Source of the DNA: Vicinamibacterales bacterium
GTDB taxonomy: Bacteria > Acidobacteriota > Vicinamibacteria > Vicinamibacterales > UBA2999
DNA length: 64,000 nt
Assembly (NCBI GenBank): GCA_036507475.1
Contig: DATCJA010000021.1
Span: 9,402 to 73,401 of the forward strand
Direction: 5' to 3'
A model generated the notes under the pieces. That model was not told where the DNA came from. It saw only the letters and a list, made by a program, of their open reading frames with translations, and searched no databases. A program made the position numbers and the translations under genes. This document shows, in pieces, positions 16,540-25,079 of the stretch (position 1 is the stretch's first letter; every line of letters starts with the position of its first letter).

Positions 16540-16956
16540 TCACTCTCGACCAAGCTTTCCAAGCAACCGCGCGACCTCACGCAGCTTCAGGAACTCGCCT
16601 GGCGTTACGACGCGAACCGACTGGTACGCCTTCCGATCGAAATGCCCCGGAGCTGTATTGACCGTGATGATGTAGTCCGCATCCGCAGCCAGAGCGCATT
16701 CGAGAAACCGGTTGTCAGGCTCATGCCGAATCACGCTCAATTCCGTCAACGGGTAGCAAGGAAGAAAACTCTCGACAACTTCGGCGACCAGCTCCGGGTA
16801 ATCGCCGAGAACGTCGGAGTATTCCTCGAGAATCGAGGGCGTAACCCACGCCTCAATCAGGTCGGCGTGCACCAGCTCGTAGATGGCCGCTGACGCGTTG
16901 TTATTGCTCGGGAATGTCGCGAGCTTCAGAATGCAGGTGTCAAGGACGACTCGCAA
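16540..16956 (-). CDS. PIN-domain toxin (TIGR00305-like putative toxin component)
   Basis: LRVVLDTCILKLA...EYSDVLG...PDNRFLECALAADADYIITVNTAPGHF is the PIN acidic-residue pattern. The likely start is TTG 16956; the track ORF starts at TTG 17013. Confidence 0.7.
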   Translation of the reverse strand: MRVVLDTCILKLATFPSNNNASAAIYELVHADLIEAWVTPSILEEYSDVLGDYPELVAEVVESFLPCYPLTELSVIRHEPDNRFLECALAADADYIITVNTAPGHFDRKAYQSVRVVTPGEFLKLREVARLLGKLGRE

Positions 16957-17125
16957 GGTACGGCCTCGCGCGTCGCAGCGCCCGCGCACGTCGCTTGGCT
17001 TCGACGAACGCAACAGCCTCGCTTTCAGTCATGCTGTTGCCCCGATTCTGGCGATGCGCTTTAGCCAGAGCCGGCGAGAGTTTGAATCGGATGACTTTGC
17101 CTTCGACAACAGCTGTCGCGTACAT
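16940..17125 (-). CDS. Possible ribbon-helix-helix antitoxin partner of the PIN toxin
   Basis: A 61-aa ORF overlaps the PIN start by 17 nt. KVIRFKLSPALAKAHRQNRGNSMTESEAVAFVEAKRRA has a strand-helix-helix look. The call rests on position and pattern only. Confidence 0.35.
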   Translation of the reverse strand: MYATAVVEGKVIRFKLSPALAKAHRQNRGNSMTESEAVAFVEAKRRARALRRARPYLASRP

Positions 17126-17493
17126 GACACAAGCGTACGCAAAGAACGCAAGCCACACAAGCTCGAAACGACCACGTTCTTGAACAAGCCACTCGGGCAT
17201 CAGAGGCACAGGATCCGGCAGTTTCACGCGCCTGTATGCGGAGGATGACGAGCAACCGATCCATTCGCTCCGGTCAGTCATTGTGCGGAATCGCTCGGGC
17301 GCGTCAAGGGTTCGCTTCGCCGCTCCAATGCATTCCGCTAGTCGCGCCCTTGACCCGCCCTGCGCGCTTCCGGATCAATGGCTCTTACCGGAGCGATGGC
17401 GCGCACGATCCATCTCCGCCCAGCGATCTTCGCGGGGCATTCGGATTGGAATTTGCACACCCAAATTACGAAGCGCATACTCACAGGAAGTTT

Positions 17494-17706
17494 GTGACGA
17501 ACACCGCCAAGTTGTTGAAGAGTGGCGCGCGTCAGATTCGGCGTCAGCCGAGCGCGCGGTCATGGGCTCGGCTCATTGATAGTCTGGCGAAGTTCTCGAA
17601 GGACTTCATGGCCGATAATCGGCTTCAACCGTCGGCGGAAGTACGGCGATTCACGAAGGGAGGCAGACAGAAAACCAGTACTAAGCGGGCCGCCCGCGTG
17701 CGCTAA
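17494..17706 (+). pseudogene. VapB/AbrB-type antitoxin remnant with an internal deletion and no VapC partner
   Basis: From GTG 17494 it reads TNTAKLLKSGARQ...SWARLIDSLAKFSKDFMADNRLQPSAEVR. This matches the start (AKLFKSG.SQ) and the C-terminal (SW...DFM..R.QP...R) blocks of VapB. The SpoVT/AbrB core between them is missing. Confidence 0.4.
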
Positions 17707-17799
17707 CACGCGAACGACCCTGACCAGCCTGTTGGTATTAGCAACCGGCGTGGCTGTCGCGGATCATGCCACAGCCCGCCATGCAGAAAGGCGGCTGAC

Positions 17800-17988
17800 A
17801 TGAACGACGATGTGAAGGCGGCGATCGATGAGATCGCCAACTCATTGCAGGTAATCAGTCTCCTGTCGACACGCCTGCGACAGGACCTCGGCGAGTCAGC
17901 GCAAAACGCGATTGATCTCGAAGGGGCGACCGCTCGTGCTGTTCGCGCGATGAAGCGCCTGCAGCCGGATGGAAAGAAGAAACGCTAA
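17800..17988 (+). CDS. Small hypothetical helical protein (62 aa)
   Basis: ATG with AAAGG about 10 nt upstream. Amphipathic helical sequence. No recognisable family. Confidence 0.3.
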   Translation: MNDDVKAAIDEIANSLQVISLLSTRLRQDLGESAQNAIDLEGATARAVRAMKRLQPDGKKKR

Positions 17989-18132
17989 CGACCTACCGCA
18001 ACACGAACGCAGCTCTGAGAATCGGGACTGGCACCCTGCCTTCGCCTACCCCAACAGACACTCTCGTTCCGCTCTGGATCGTGGGCTGCCTCTTACCAGC
18101 CGTGAGGCGAGAGAACGCGTCGCTGATCTGTC

Positions 18133-18762
18133 TTACGTCGAATGCTGCTCCCAGGCTTCGATCAGGTCGAGCAGCTCCGTCACGCTGAGCAGAGCATCCT
18201 CATAGGTTGCAGTCCGCTTTTGGCGCGTGCCGCCGGAGTCATGCTTGAGTGTATTCACCTCGCCGTGGACCGTGCGGATGTTGGAGTTGTTCCAGGTTCT
18301 TTTCGTCCATTGGGTGTAGAGGGTCTCGGCCTTCGGTCGCAGTTTCCAGACGTGTTCATCTGTGTTTGGTTTGCCCAGGACGATTTTTAGGGCGCGGTGG
18401 TACACGGCGGAGATGCGTACCAAAGCTCCGTTGAAGAGGAATCCGGCGGACCATCCGCCGCGCTCACTCAATCGGCCACCGCCGAACTCCTCGGCGCGTT
18501 TCAACACAACGCCGGCGTCAGTCTTCGTCTTCGTTCGATTCTGAAAGTTCCGTTCTTTGGCGAGGGCAAGGGAATAGATGACGCCGACGAAGTAGTCGAG
18601 CGTGTCAATCACGTCGTCGTTGGCCGTGACTTTGCGCGACTTCAGTAGCATCGCGATCCTACTGCCCGCCGCAGTCAGCGCACGCTTGTCGGCTGCTCTC
18701 AGGCGAATGTTTCTGTACTTTGCCGGGCCAGCCGCAGCGTTTTTGGGGCGAGGTGTCGTCAT
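18133..18762 (-). CDS. Hypothetical protein of unknown function (209 aa from ATG 18762; 231 aa from 18828)
   Basis: A long ORF in lower-GC island DNA. It is predicted all-helical, with the blocks WSAGFLFNGALVRISAVYHRALK and VHGEVNTLKHD. I cannot place it in a family. Confidence 0.5.
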   Translation of the reverse strand: MTTPRPKNAAAGPAKYRNIRLRAADKRALTAAGSRIAMLLKSRKVTANDDVIDTLDYFVGVIYSLALAKERNFQNRTKTKTDAGVVLKRAEEFGGGRLSERGGWSAGFLFNGALVRISAVYHRALKIVLGKPNTDEHVWKLRPKAETLYTQWTKRTWNNSNIRTVHGEVNTLKHDSGGTRQKRTATYEDALLSVTELLDLIEAWEQHST

Positions 18763-19088
18763 GGTTTGGTTCAGAATGCAGCCGGCATTCCGAAGCTTGG
18801 TTCCGTCGGCCATCCTTCGACGCGACACGTGGTCACGTGGGTGTTTCCATCGGCGCGTTCAGCCATGCGGTCGTAAAAGGTCAGATCGCCTGCAGCCGGG
18901 TAATGGAGAACATACCGGCCAAACAACACTGCGTACCCACCGTGCGATTGTGGCTCGAGGACCGTGGCGACCACTCGACGGGTAAATGGGTAGTCCTGCG
19001 GGAGCTCCGACGTGAACGTGATCATCTTGCGCTCGTCGCACTCGATGATCTGACGGCGGACGATGTCCATCGCCGGATCCAAGGGCAA

Positions 19089-19967
<879 letters not shown>

Positions 19968-19974
19968 TCATTTT

Positions 19975-20075
19975 GGCTAGCTGGTAGTTGGACTCGGTAG
20001 TGAGTAGCAAGACCTTCCATAACTACCAGCTACCGGCTACCGACTAGTGCTTACCGACTCCCAGCTACCAACAGG
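19975..20075. repeat. Low-complexity CTACCR/YGGTAG array with dyad symmetry, upstream of tRNA-fMet
   Basis: TAGCTGGTAGTT (about 19979-19990) is the inverse of AACTACCAGCTA (about 20021-20032). Multiple CTACCA/CTACCG units follow. The 14-mer CGGCTACCGACTAG (20034-20047) recurs at 37041-37054. Confidence 0.7.
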
Positions 20076-20131
20076 AAGACTACCAATGTAACACGCGGTT
20101 CTAGTGGGCGTAAAGGCACGGCGCGCGTTTT

Positions 20132-20479
20132 TCAGCGGCGATCGCGCGATTCGACGTCCTTGATGATGAAGAGCTTTTCGCCGGGACGGATCAGCCCAAG
20201 CTCGCGCCGGGCGATTTCCTCGATGGCCGTGGGATCCTCGCGCAGCCGACGCGCTTCTTCGCGCAGGCGGGCGTTGTCCGAGCGGGAGGTCGCAAGCGAC
20301 TGCTCCAGATCGCGGTAGCGCGCGCGCGCCTGCATCATCGCCAGCAGACCTTTGTCGCCGACAAGCGCGTCAATCAGCAGCACGCAGCCGACCGCCAGGA
20401 GCAAATACTGGATGGTGCGGCGGTGGCGCTTGCGCGGCTGCAGCCCTTCTGAGTCACGAGTTGACGACGGTTTCTTCAC
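20132..20479 (-). CDS. ftsB: Septum formation initiator FtsB/DivIC-family protein
   Basis: A single N-terminal TM helix (IQYLLLAVGCVLLIDALV), a coiled coil, and the C-terminal EEIARRELGLIRPGEKLFII signature. Confidence 0.8.
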   Translation of the reverse strand: MKKPSSTRDSEGLQPRKRHRRTIQYLLLAVGCVLLIDALVGDKGLLAMMQARARYRDLEQSLATSRSDNARLREEARRLREDPTAIEEIARRELGLIRPGEKLFIIKDVESRDRR

Positions 20480-20569
20480 TGTGCGCCTTCTTTCCGGAAG
20501 GCGAAAGCCTTCCGGCTACCGGGAACGAGGGCTTCCGCGTACCGTGTGCCACAATAGCGCGTTTCGATC

Positions 20570-20929
20570 GTGAGTACAACAGAAAAATTGCGAGCGGGCG
20601 CAGATTTCGACGCCGTGATCGTTCTCACCACCCTCGGCGCCGACGCCGACGCGGCCGCGCTGGCGCGGACGCTCGTGGCGGAGCGGCTCGCTGCCTGTGT
20701 GAATGTTCTTGCAACGATGACGTCGGTCTATCGGTGGCAGGGACGCGTCGAACAGGACCAGGAACGGCAGCTCGTCATCAAGACCACACACGCGCAGGTG
20801 GGGGCGCTCGAACAGCGCCTGCGGCAGCTGCATCCGTACGAGCTGCCGGAATTCCTCGTGCTCCACGCGTCAGGCGGCTCGGCGGCCTATTTGCGGTGGG
20901 TGGGGGAGAGCACCACGCCGGCGGGCTAG
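20570..20929 (+). CDS. cutA: Divalent-cation tolerance protein CutA
   Basis: LAACVNVLATMTSVYRWQGRVEQDQERQLVIKT...HPYELPEFLVL is the CutA1 signature. Confidence 0.85.
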   Translation: MSTTEKLRAGADFDAVIVLTTLGADADAAALARTLVAERLAACVNVLATMTSVYRWQGRVEQDQERQLVIKTTHAQVGALEQRLRQLHPYELPEFLVLHASGGSAAYLRWVGESTTPAG

Positions 20930-21591
20930 ACCGAGCGCGCCGGCGGCGGCGACCCGCGCCGATGTCGCACGTACTCGAACACCATCGGGAGCACCGAGAG
21001 GAGCACGATGCCGAGCGCCACGAGCGAGAAGTTCTCTCGGATCACGGGCACGTTGCCGAAGAGGTATCCGGCGCCGACGCAGATGGCGACCCAGCCAAGC
21101 CCGCCCGCGACGTTGTACACCGCGAACGCGCGATAGGGCATCTCGGCCACGCCGGCGACGAACGGCACGAAGGTACGCACGATTGGCACGAACCGGGCGA
21201 GCACGATGGCCTTCCCGCCGTGCCGCTCGAAGAAGTCATGCGCCCGCGTAACGTAGGCGGGATTGACCCACGTGCCCCAGCGCTTGTTCGTACGAGAGAG
21301 GTGAATGATCCGCACGCCAGCCGAACGACCGATGGAGTAGTTCACCGCGTCGCCCGCCACTGCCGCCACGGCGAGCAGCAGCGCCGCGAATCGGACGTCG
21401 AGGGCGCCCGCGGCTGCGATGGCGCCCGCCGCGAAGAGCAGCGAGTCGCCCGGGAGAAAGGGCGTCACCACCAGACCGGTTTCCGCGAAGACAATCACGA
21501 ACAGAATCGCGTAAATCCAGACTCCGTAGGTCCCCGCCAGCTCCAGCAGGTACCGATCGACGTGCAGGGCGAAGTCAATGAGCTCGGCCAC
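20926..21591 (-). CDS. DedA-family membrane protein
   Basis: FAETGLVVTPFLPGDSLLFAAGAIAA and ...HGGKAIVLARFVPIVRTFVPFVAGV are DedA/SNARE-associated motifs. Confidence 0.85.
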   Translation of the reverse strand: MAELIDFALHVDRYLLELAGTYGVWIYAILFVIVFAETGLVVTPFLPGDSLLFAAGAIAAAGALDVRFAALLLAVAAVAGDAVNYSIGRSAGVRIIHLSRTNKRWGTWVNPAYVTRAHDFFERHGGKAIVLARFVPIVRTFVPFVAGVAEMPYRAFAVYNVAGGLGWVAICVGAGYLFGNVPVIRENFSLVALGIVLLSVLPMVFEYVRHRRGSPPPARSV

Positions 21592-21632
21592 GCGTCTCTG
21601 TCCTCAGTGTATGAAAAGGGCCGCCCGAAGGG

Positions 21633-22832
21633 TTACGCACGCGAGAGGAGGTCGAGCGCCTGCGCGAGATCGTCCTTGAGGTCCTCGATGTCCTCGATGC
21701 CCACCGACACGCGCACCAGGTCGTCGGTGATGCCAACGCGCTGGCGCTGATCGGCCGGAATCGAAGCATGGGTCATCGTGGCGGGGTGACTGATGAGGGT
21801 TTCCACTCCTCCGAGGCTCTCTGCAAGCGACATGAGACGCACGCTGTTGAGAACGGTTCGCGCACGCTCGAGCGATCCGAGCCGGAACGAGATGAGGCCG
21901 CCGAAGCCGCGCATCTGTCGTTTCGCCAGCTCGTGCTGCGGGTGGGATGCAAGCCCAGGGTAGTACACGGCGGCGACCTGCGGATGCGAAGCCAGATATT
22001 CGGCAAGCGCCATCGCGTTCTCGTTGTGCCGCTGCATGCGGATGGGCAGCGTCTTGGTGCCACGCAGCACCAGCCACGCGTCCATCGGACCGATGATGGC
22101 GCCTTCCGCATTCTGTACGAAGCGGAGCCATTCGATGTGGTCGTCCCGAACGGCGATCACGGCCCCGCCGACGCCGTCGGAATGACCGTTCAGAAACTTC
22201 GTGGTGCTGTGAATGACCAGATCGGCGCCGAACGCAATCGGCCGCTGCACGTACGGGCTCGCAAACGTGTTGTCGACCGCCACCGGAATGCCGTGGCCGT
22301 GGGCAATGGTGCACGCCGAGGCCAGATCGGTGAGGCTCAGCATGGGATTGGTCGGCGTCTCGAGAAAGACGAGCCGGGTCGTCGGTCGGATCGCCTGTTC
22401 CAGCTCGCGCAGCTGCGAGGTGTCGACATAGGTGAAATCGAGGTCGTACTTCCGCAGCACTCGCTCGAACAGGCGGTACGTGCCGCCGTACATGCCGGCG
22501 GTCGCAACGACGTGGTCGCCGGTCTTGAGCAGTGTCATCACGGCGCCGGTTGCCGCCATGCCGGAGGCGAAACAGAACGCCGCCTTCCCTTCCTCGATCG
22601 CGGCAAGGTTCGCCTCCAGCGCCGACCGCGTCGGGTTGTGCGTGCGCGCGTACTCGTACCCTTTGTGCACGCCAAGCGCGTCCTGCACGTAGGTCGATGT
22701 CTGGTAGATTGGTGTGATGATTGCGCCGGTCGAAGGGTCGGGCGCTTGTCCTGCGTGGACGCAAATGGTGCTGAAGCGGGCGTTCTCGCGCAATTTCACG
22801 ATCAGACATTCTATTCTGCAATCCGCGTTCAC
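21633..22832 (-). CDS. PLP-dependent trans-sulfuration enzyme (cystathionine gamma-synthase/gamma-lyase/beta-lyase family)
   Basis: FSTICVHAGQ...YEYARTHNPTRSALE...VIHSTTKFLNGHSDGVGG (PLP lysine)...SLGGVETLISHPATMTHA. Confidence 0.85.
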   Translation of the reverse strand: MNADCRIECLIVKLRENARFSTICVHAGQAPDPSTGAIITPIYQTSTYVQDALGVHKGYEYARTHNPTRSALEANLAAIEEGKAAFCFASGMAATGAVMTLLKTGDHVVATAGMYGGTYRLFERVLRKYDLDFTYVDTSQLRELEQAIRPTTRLVFLETPTNPMLSLTDLASACTIAHGHGIPVAVDNTFASPYVQRPIAFGADLVIHSTTKFLNGHSDGVGGAVIAVRDDHIEWLRFVQNAEGAIIGPMDAWLVLRGTKTLPIRMQRHNENAMALAEYLASHPQVAAVYYPGLASHPQHELAKRQMRGFGGLISFRLGSLERARTVLNSVRLMSLAESLGGVETLISHPATMTHASIPADQRQRVGITDDLVRVSVGIEDIEDLKDDLAQALDLLSRA

Positions 22833-22882
22833 CCTTCAGCAATGAATCTTCCTTCTGCGGTCCGCCTTCCGCACCACACCGA

Positions 22883-23815
22883 ATGGAACCCGTAATCGTC
22901 TTCGCGACCCGCTCCGACATCGAAGCCAGCGTCGTCACCGCGCTGCTCGACAGCCACGGCATCGTCAGCTTTCGCGTGTCCGGCAATCCTCAAGCCATCT
23001 GGCCGATGGCGGTGAGCCCGCTCGGTGAGATCAGGATTGCGGTTCCCGGCGACGCGGCAGACGAGGCGCGGCGGGTGATTGAAAGCCACCGCGAGGACGT
23101 CGGCACGCGGGTGATTCGGCTCCGTGACGAGTTCGATGAACTGCAGCAGCGTATTGGGTACCGGTTCAAGGATCGGGGACTGCTGGAGCACGCGCTCACT
23201 CACAAGTCGCGTGCCGCTGAGGATGTGTCGGGCGGCGTGTACGACAACGAGTCGCTCGAGTTTCTGGGCGACGCAGTGCTGGGACTCGTGGTCGCCGACG
23301 CGCTCTTTCGACGATATCCCGGTTACAACGAAGGGCAGAAGTCGAAGATCAAGGCGGCGGTCGTCTCCACGCAGTCGCTCGCGCGACACGCCGAGGCGAT
23401 GCACCTGGGCGAGCACCTCCTGCTCGGCCGCGGCGAAGAGAAGACGGGCGGCCGCTTCAAGCAGGCGCTGCTCGCAGACGCCTACGAAGCGCTGATCGCG
23501 GCCGTGTACCTCGACGGGGGATTGCCTGCAGCCGCGGCGTTCCTGGAACGCGAGCTCAGTGCTGCGATTGCCGCCGGCGCGCAGCAGGATGTGGTGGGCA
23601 TGGACTACAAGTCCGCGCTGCAGGAACGGCTGCAGGCGTCAGGCCGAGGGCTGCCCGAATACCGTGTTGCGGCGGCGTCCGGTCCCGACCACCGCAAGGT
23701 GTTCACGATTGAAGTGGTCGTGAGCGGCGAAATCCTTGGCACCGCTACCGGCAAGGCGAAGAAGGAGGCGGAGCAGGAAGCCGCACGGATGGCACTTGAA
23801 AAAGTGGAAAAGTAG
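22883..23815 (+). CDS. rnc: Ribonuclease III with an N-terminal DUF2007-like extension
   Basis: The RNase III signature ESLEFLGDAVLGLVVADALF and a C-terminal dsRBD (DYKSALQERLQ...FTIEVVVSG...GKAKKEAEQEAA) are present. They are preceded by about 75 aa, MEPVIVFATRSDIEASVVTALLDSHGIVSFRV...IRIAVPGDAADEARRVI. Confidence 0.85.
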   Translation: MEPVIVFATRSDIEASVVTALLDSHGIVSFRVSGNPQAIWPMAVSPLGEIRIAVPGDAADEARRVIESHREDVGTRVIRLRDEFDELQQRIGYRFKDRGLLEHALTHKSRAAEDVSGGVYDNESLEFLGDAVLGLVVADALFRRYPGYNEGQKSKIKAAVVSTQSLARHAEAMHLGEHLLLGRGEEKTGGRFKQALLADAYEALIAAVYLDGGLPAAAAFLERELSAAIAAGAQQDVVGMDYKSALQERLQASGRGLPEYRVAAASGPDHRKVFTIEVVVSGEILGTATGKAKKEAEQEAARMALEKVEK

Positions 23816-23889
23816 AGAAGTGGAAAAGTGGAAGAAGTAACTTTCAAACTTACTTTTCCACTTGTTCCACTTTTTCCACTTTTCCACTT
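23802..23889. terminator. Long AT-rich hairpin built of GTGGAAAA units; a bidirectional terminator candidate between convergent genes
   Basis: 23802-23840 pairs with 23850-23889: about 40 bp with a few bulges or G-U pairs and a CTTTCAAAC loop. The rnc stop codon (23813-23815) lies inside the left arm. Confidence 0.6.
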
Positions 23890-23892
23890 GAT

Positions 23893-25053
23893 CTAATCAA
23901 TCTCAATGATCCCCCAGCTCTTCCTCTCCTCCGGCGTCGCCTCGATGGCCGCCCCGGCAAAGGCAAGGGCCGGCGTCGGCTCGCGTGGCGGCACGCGCGC
24001 CGCGGCGTAACGCTGGACCTCGCGCGCCACGTCCTCCTCGGTTGGAGGCGTTGGACGGCAGTGCAGTCGCACCCACAGACGCAGCAGCGGATCGGTGAAG
24101 CTGTATCGCTTCTGCCTGGACGTGACGAGATCCACGTCCTCGAGCCACGACAGATAGTCCTTTGTCGAGCCGGGCGTGCGATGAAGCCGCAACGAGATTT
24201 CGGTCAGCGTGAGCGGCTCTTCTTCGGCGAGGATGTCGAGAATCGCCTTCAGCGCGCCGTACCCCCGTGCGCGGTGGAGTCGCAGCTCGTAGCAGAAGCG
24301 GCACCAGCGCTCGAGGACGTTGCCGGGTGCAAGGAGCGCCGTAAGGGCGCTGATCGGATCGGAGCCTCGCCCCATCTGCCCCATCGTGTCGGCGATCGCG
24401 CGCACGTACACGGTGCGCCCGTCGGTGACGCCCTGCACCATCCGCACCAGATAATCCCGGTCGTCCGTCGGCGTCTGCTCGTAGCCATCGAACGCGGGTG
24501 CGAGCAGGTCCATGATGTCGGCCGGTGACAGCGACGGGAGGTGCATCACCTCGAACCGCGAGGTGGCGTCGCGCAGCAGCCGATGCGTGCGCGCCACGTA
24601 TCGCGTGGTCAGCACGAAACGATTGGGGCTGGCCGACAGCGCCTCGAGCAGGTCGCGCAGCACGTGGCGCAGGCCGGGGAAGCTCTCGAACGTGCGGAGC
24701 TCCAAGACCTCGTCGAGCAGGAACGTGCACGGCGCACCGCCGGGCGCCCGCGTCGTGTCGAAAAAGCTCAGAAGCATGTCGAACGCCTCACGCGCGCTGG
24801 CCGGCGCTCGGTCGGCGCCATGCGACGGGAACGGCGACGAGGAGATCACCGCGTGGAGAAAGCGCTCCGGCGTGGTGGCGCATCGTTCCACGTCGACGTA
24901 TTGCGCTGCGCCGCGGCCGACGCGGTCGCGCAGCCGCTGCAGCAGCGATGTGCGGCCGGTGCCGCACCCTCCTGGAATGACAGGAATGCGTGATGGTGAC
25001 GCCTCCAGCGCGCCGAATACGCGCCGGTCGAATCCCGTATGCGGACCCGTCAT
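23893..25053 (-). CDS. P-loop ATPase of the archaeal-ATPase/DUF234 type with a C-terminal winged helix
   Basis: Walker A-like GGCGTGRTS, with Arg where Lys is expected. Walker B FLLDEVLEL. The C-terminal LTLTEISLRLHRTPGSTKDYLSWLEDVDLV is a wHTH. Confidence 0.6.
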   Translation of the reverse strand: MTGPHTGFDRRVFGALEASPSRIPVIPGGCGTGRTSLLQRLRDRVGRGAAQYVDVERCATTPERFLHAVISSSPFPSHGADRAPASAREAFDMLLSFFDTTRAPGGAPCTFLLDEVLELRTFESFPGLRHVLRDLLEALSASPNRFVLTTRYVARTHRLLRDATSRFEVMHLPSLSPADIMDLLAPAFDGYEQTPTDDRDYLVRMVQGVTDGRTVYVRAIADTMGQMGRGSDPISALTALLAPGNVLERWCRFCYELRLHRARGYGALKAILDILAEEEPLTLTEISLRLHRTPGSTKDYLSWLEDVDLVTSRQKRYSFTDPLLRLWVRLHCRPTPPTEEDVAREVQRYAAARVPPREPTPALAFAGAAIEATPEERKSWGIIEID

Positions 25054-25079
25054 TCCTCGTACCCCGCTTCCCGGGCCGG

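Noticed and set aside
20926-20929. Convergent genes sharing overlapping stop codons (cutA/dedA at CTAG, and purA/PilZ at 29702-29705, CTAA)
   Set aside because: The overlaps are real in the sequence. However, overlap of convergent stops is common in compact high-GC genomes, and no associated structure or signal was found.
20461-21750. A 429-aa plus-strand ORF spanning cutA and dedA
   Set aside because: It overlaps two well-supported genes in other frames or on the other strand, and its sequence is Arg/His/Gly-rich with no motifs.
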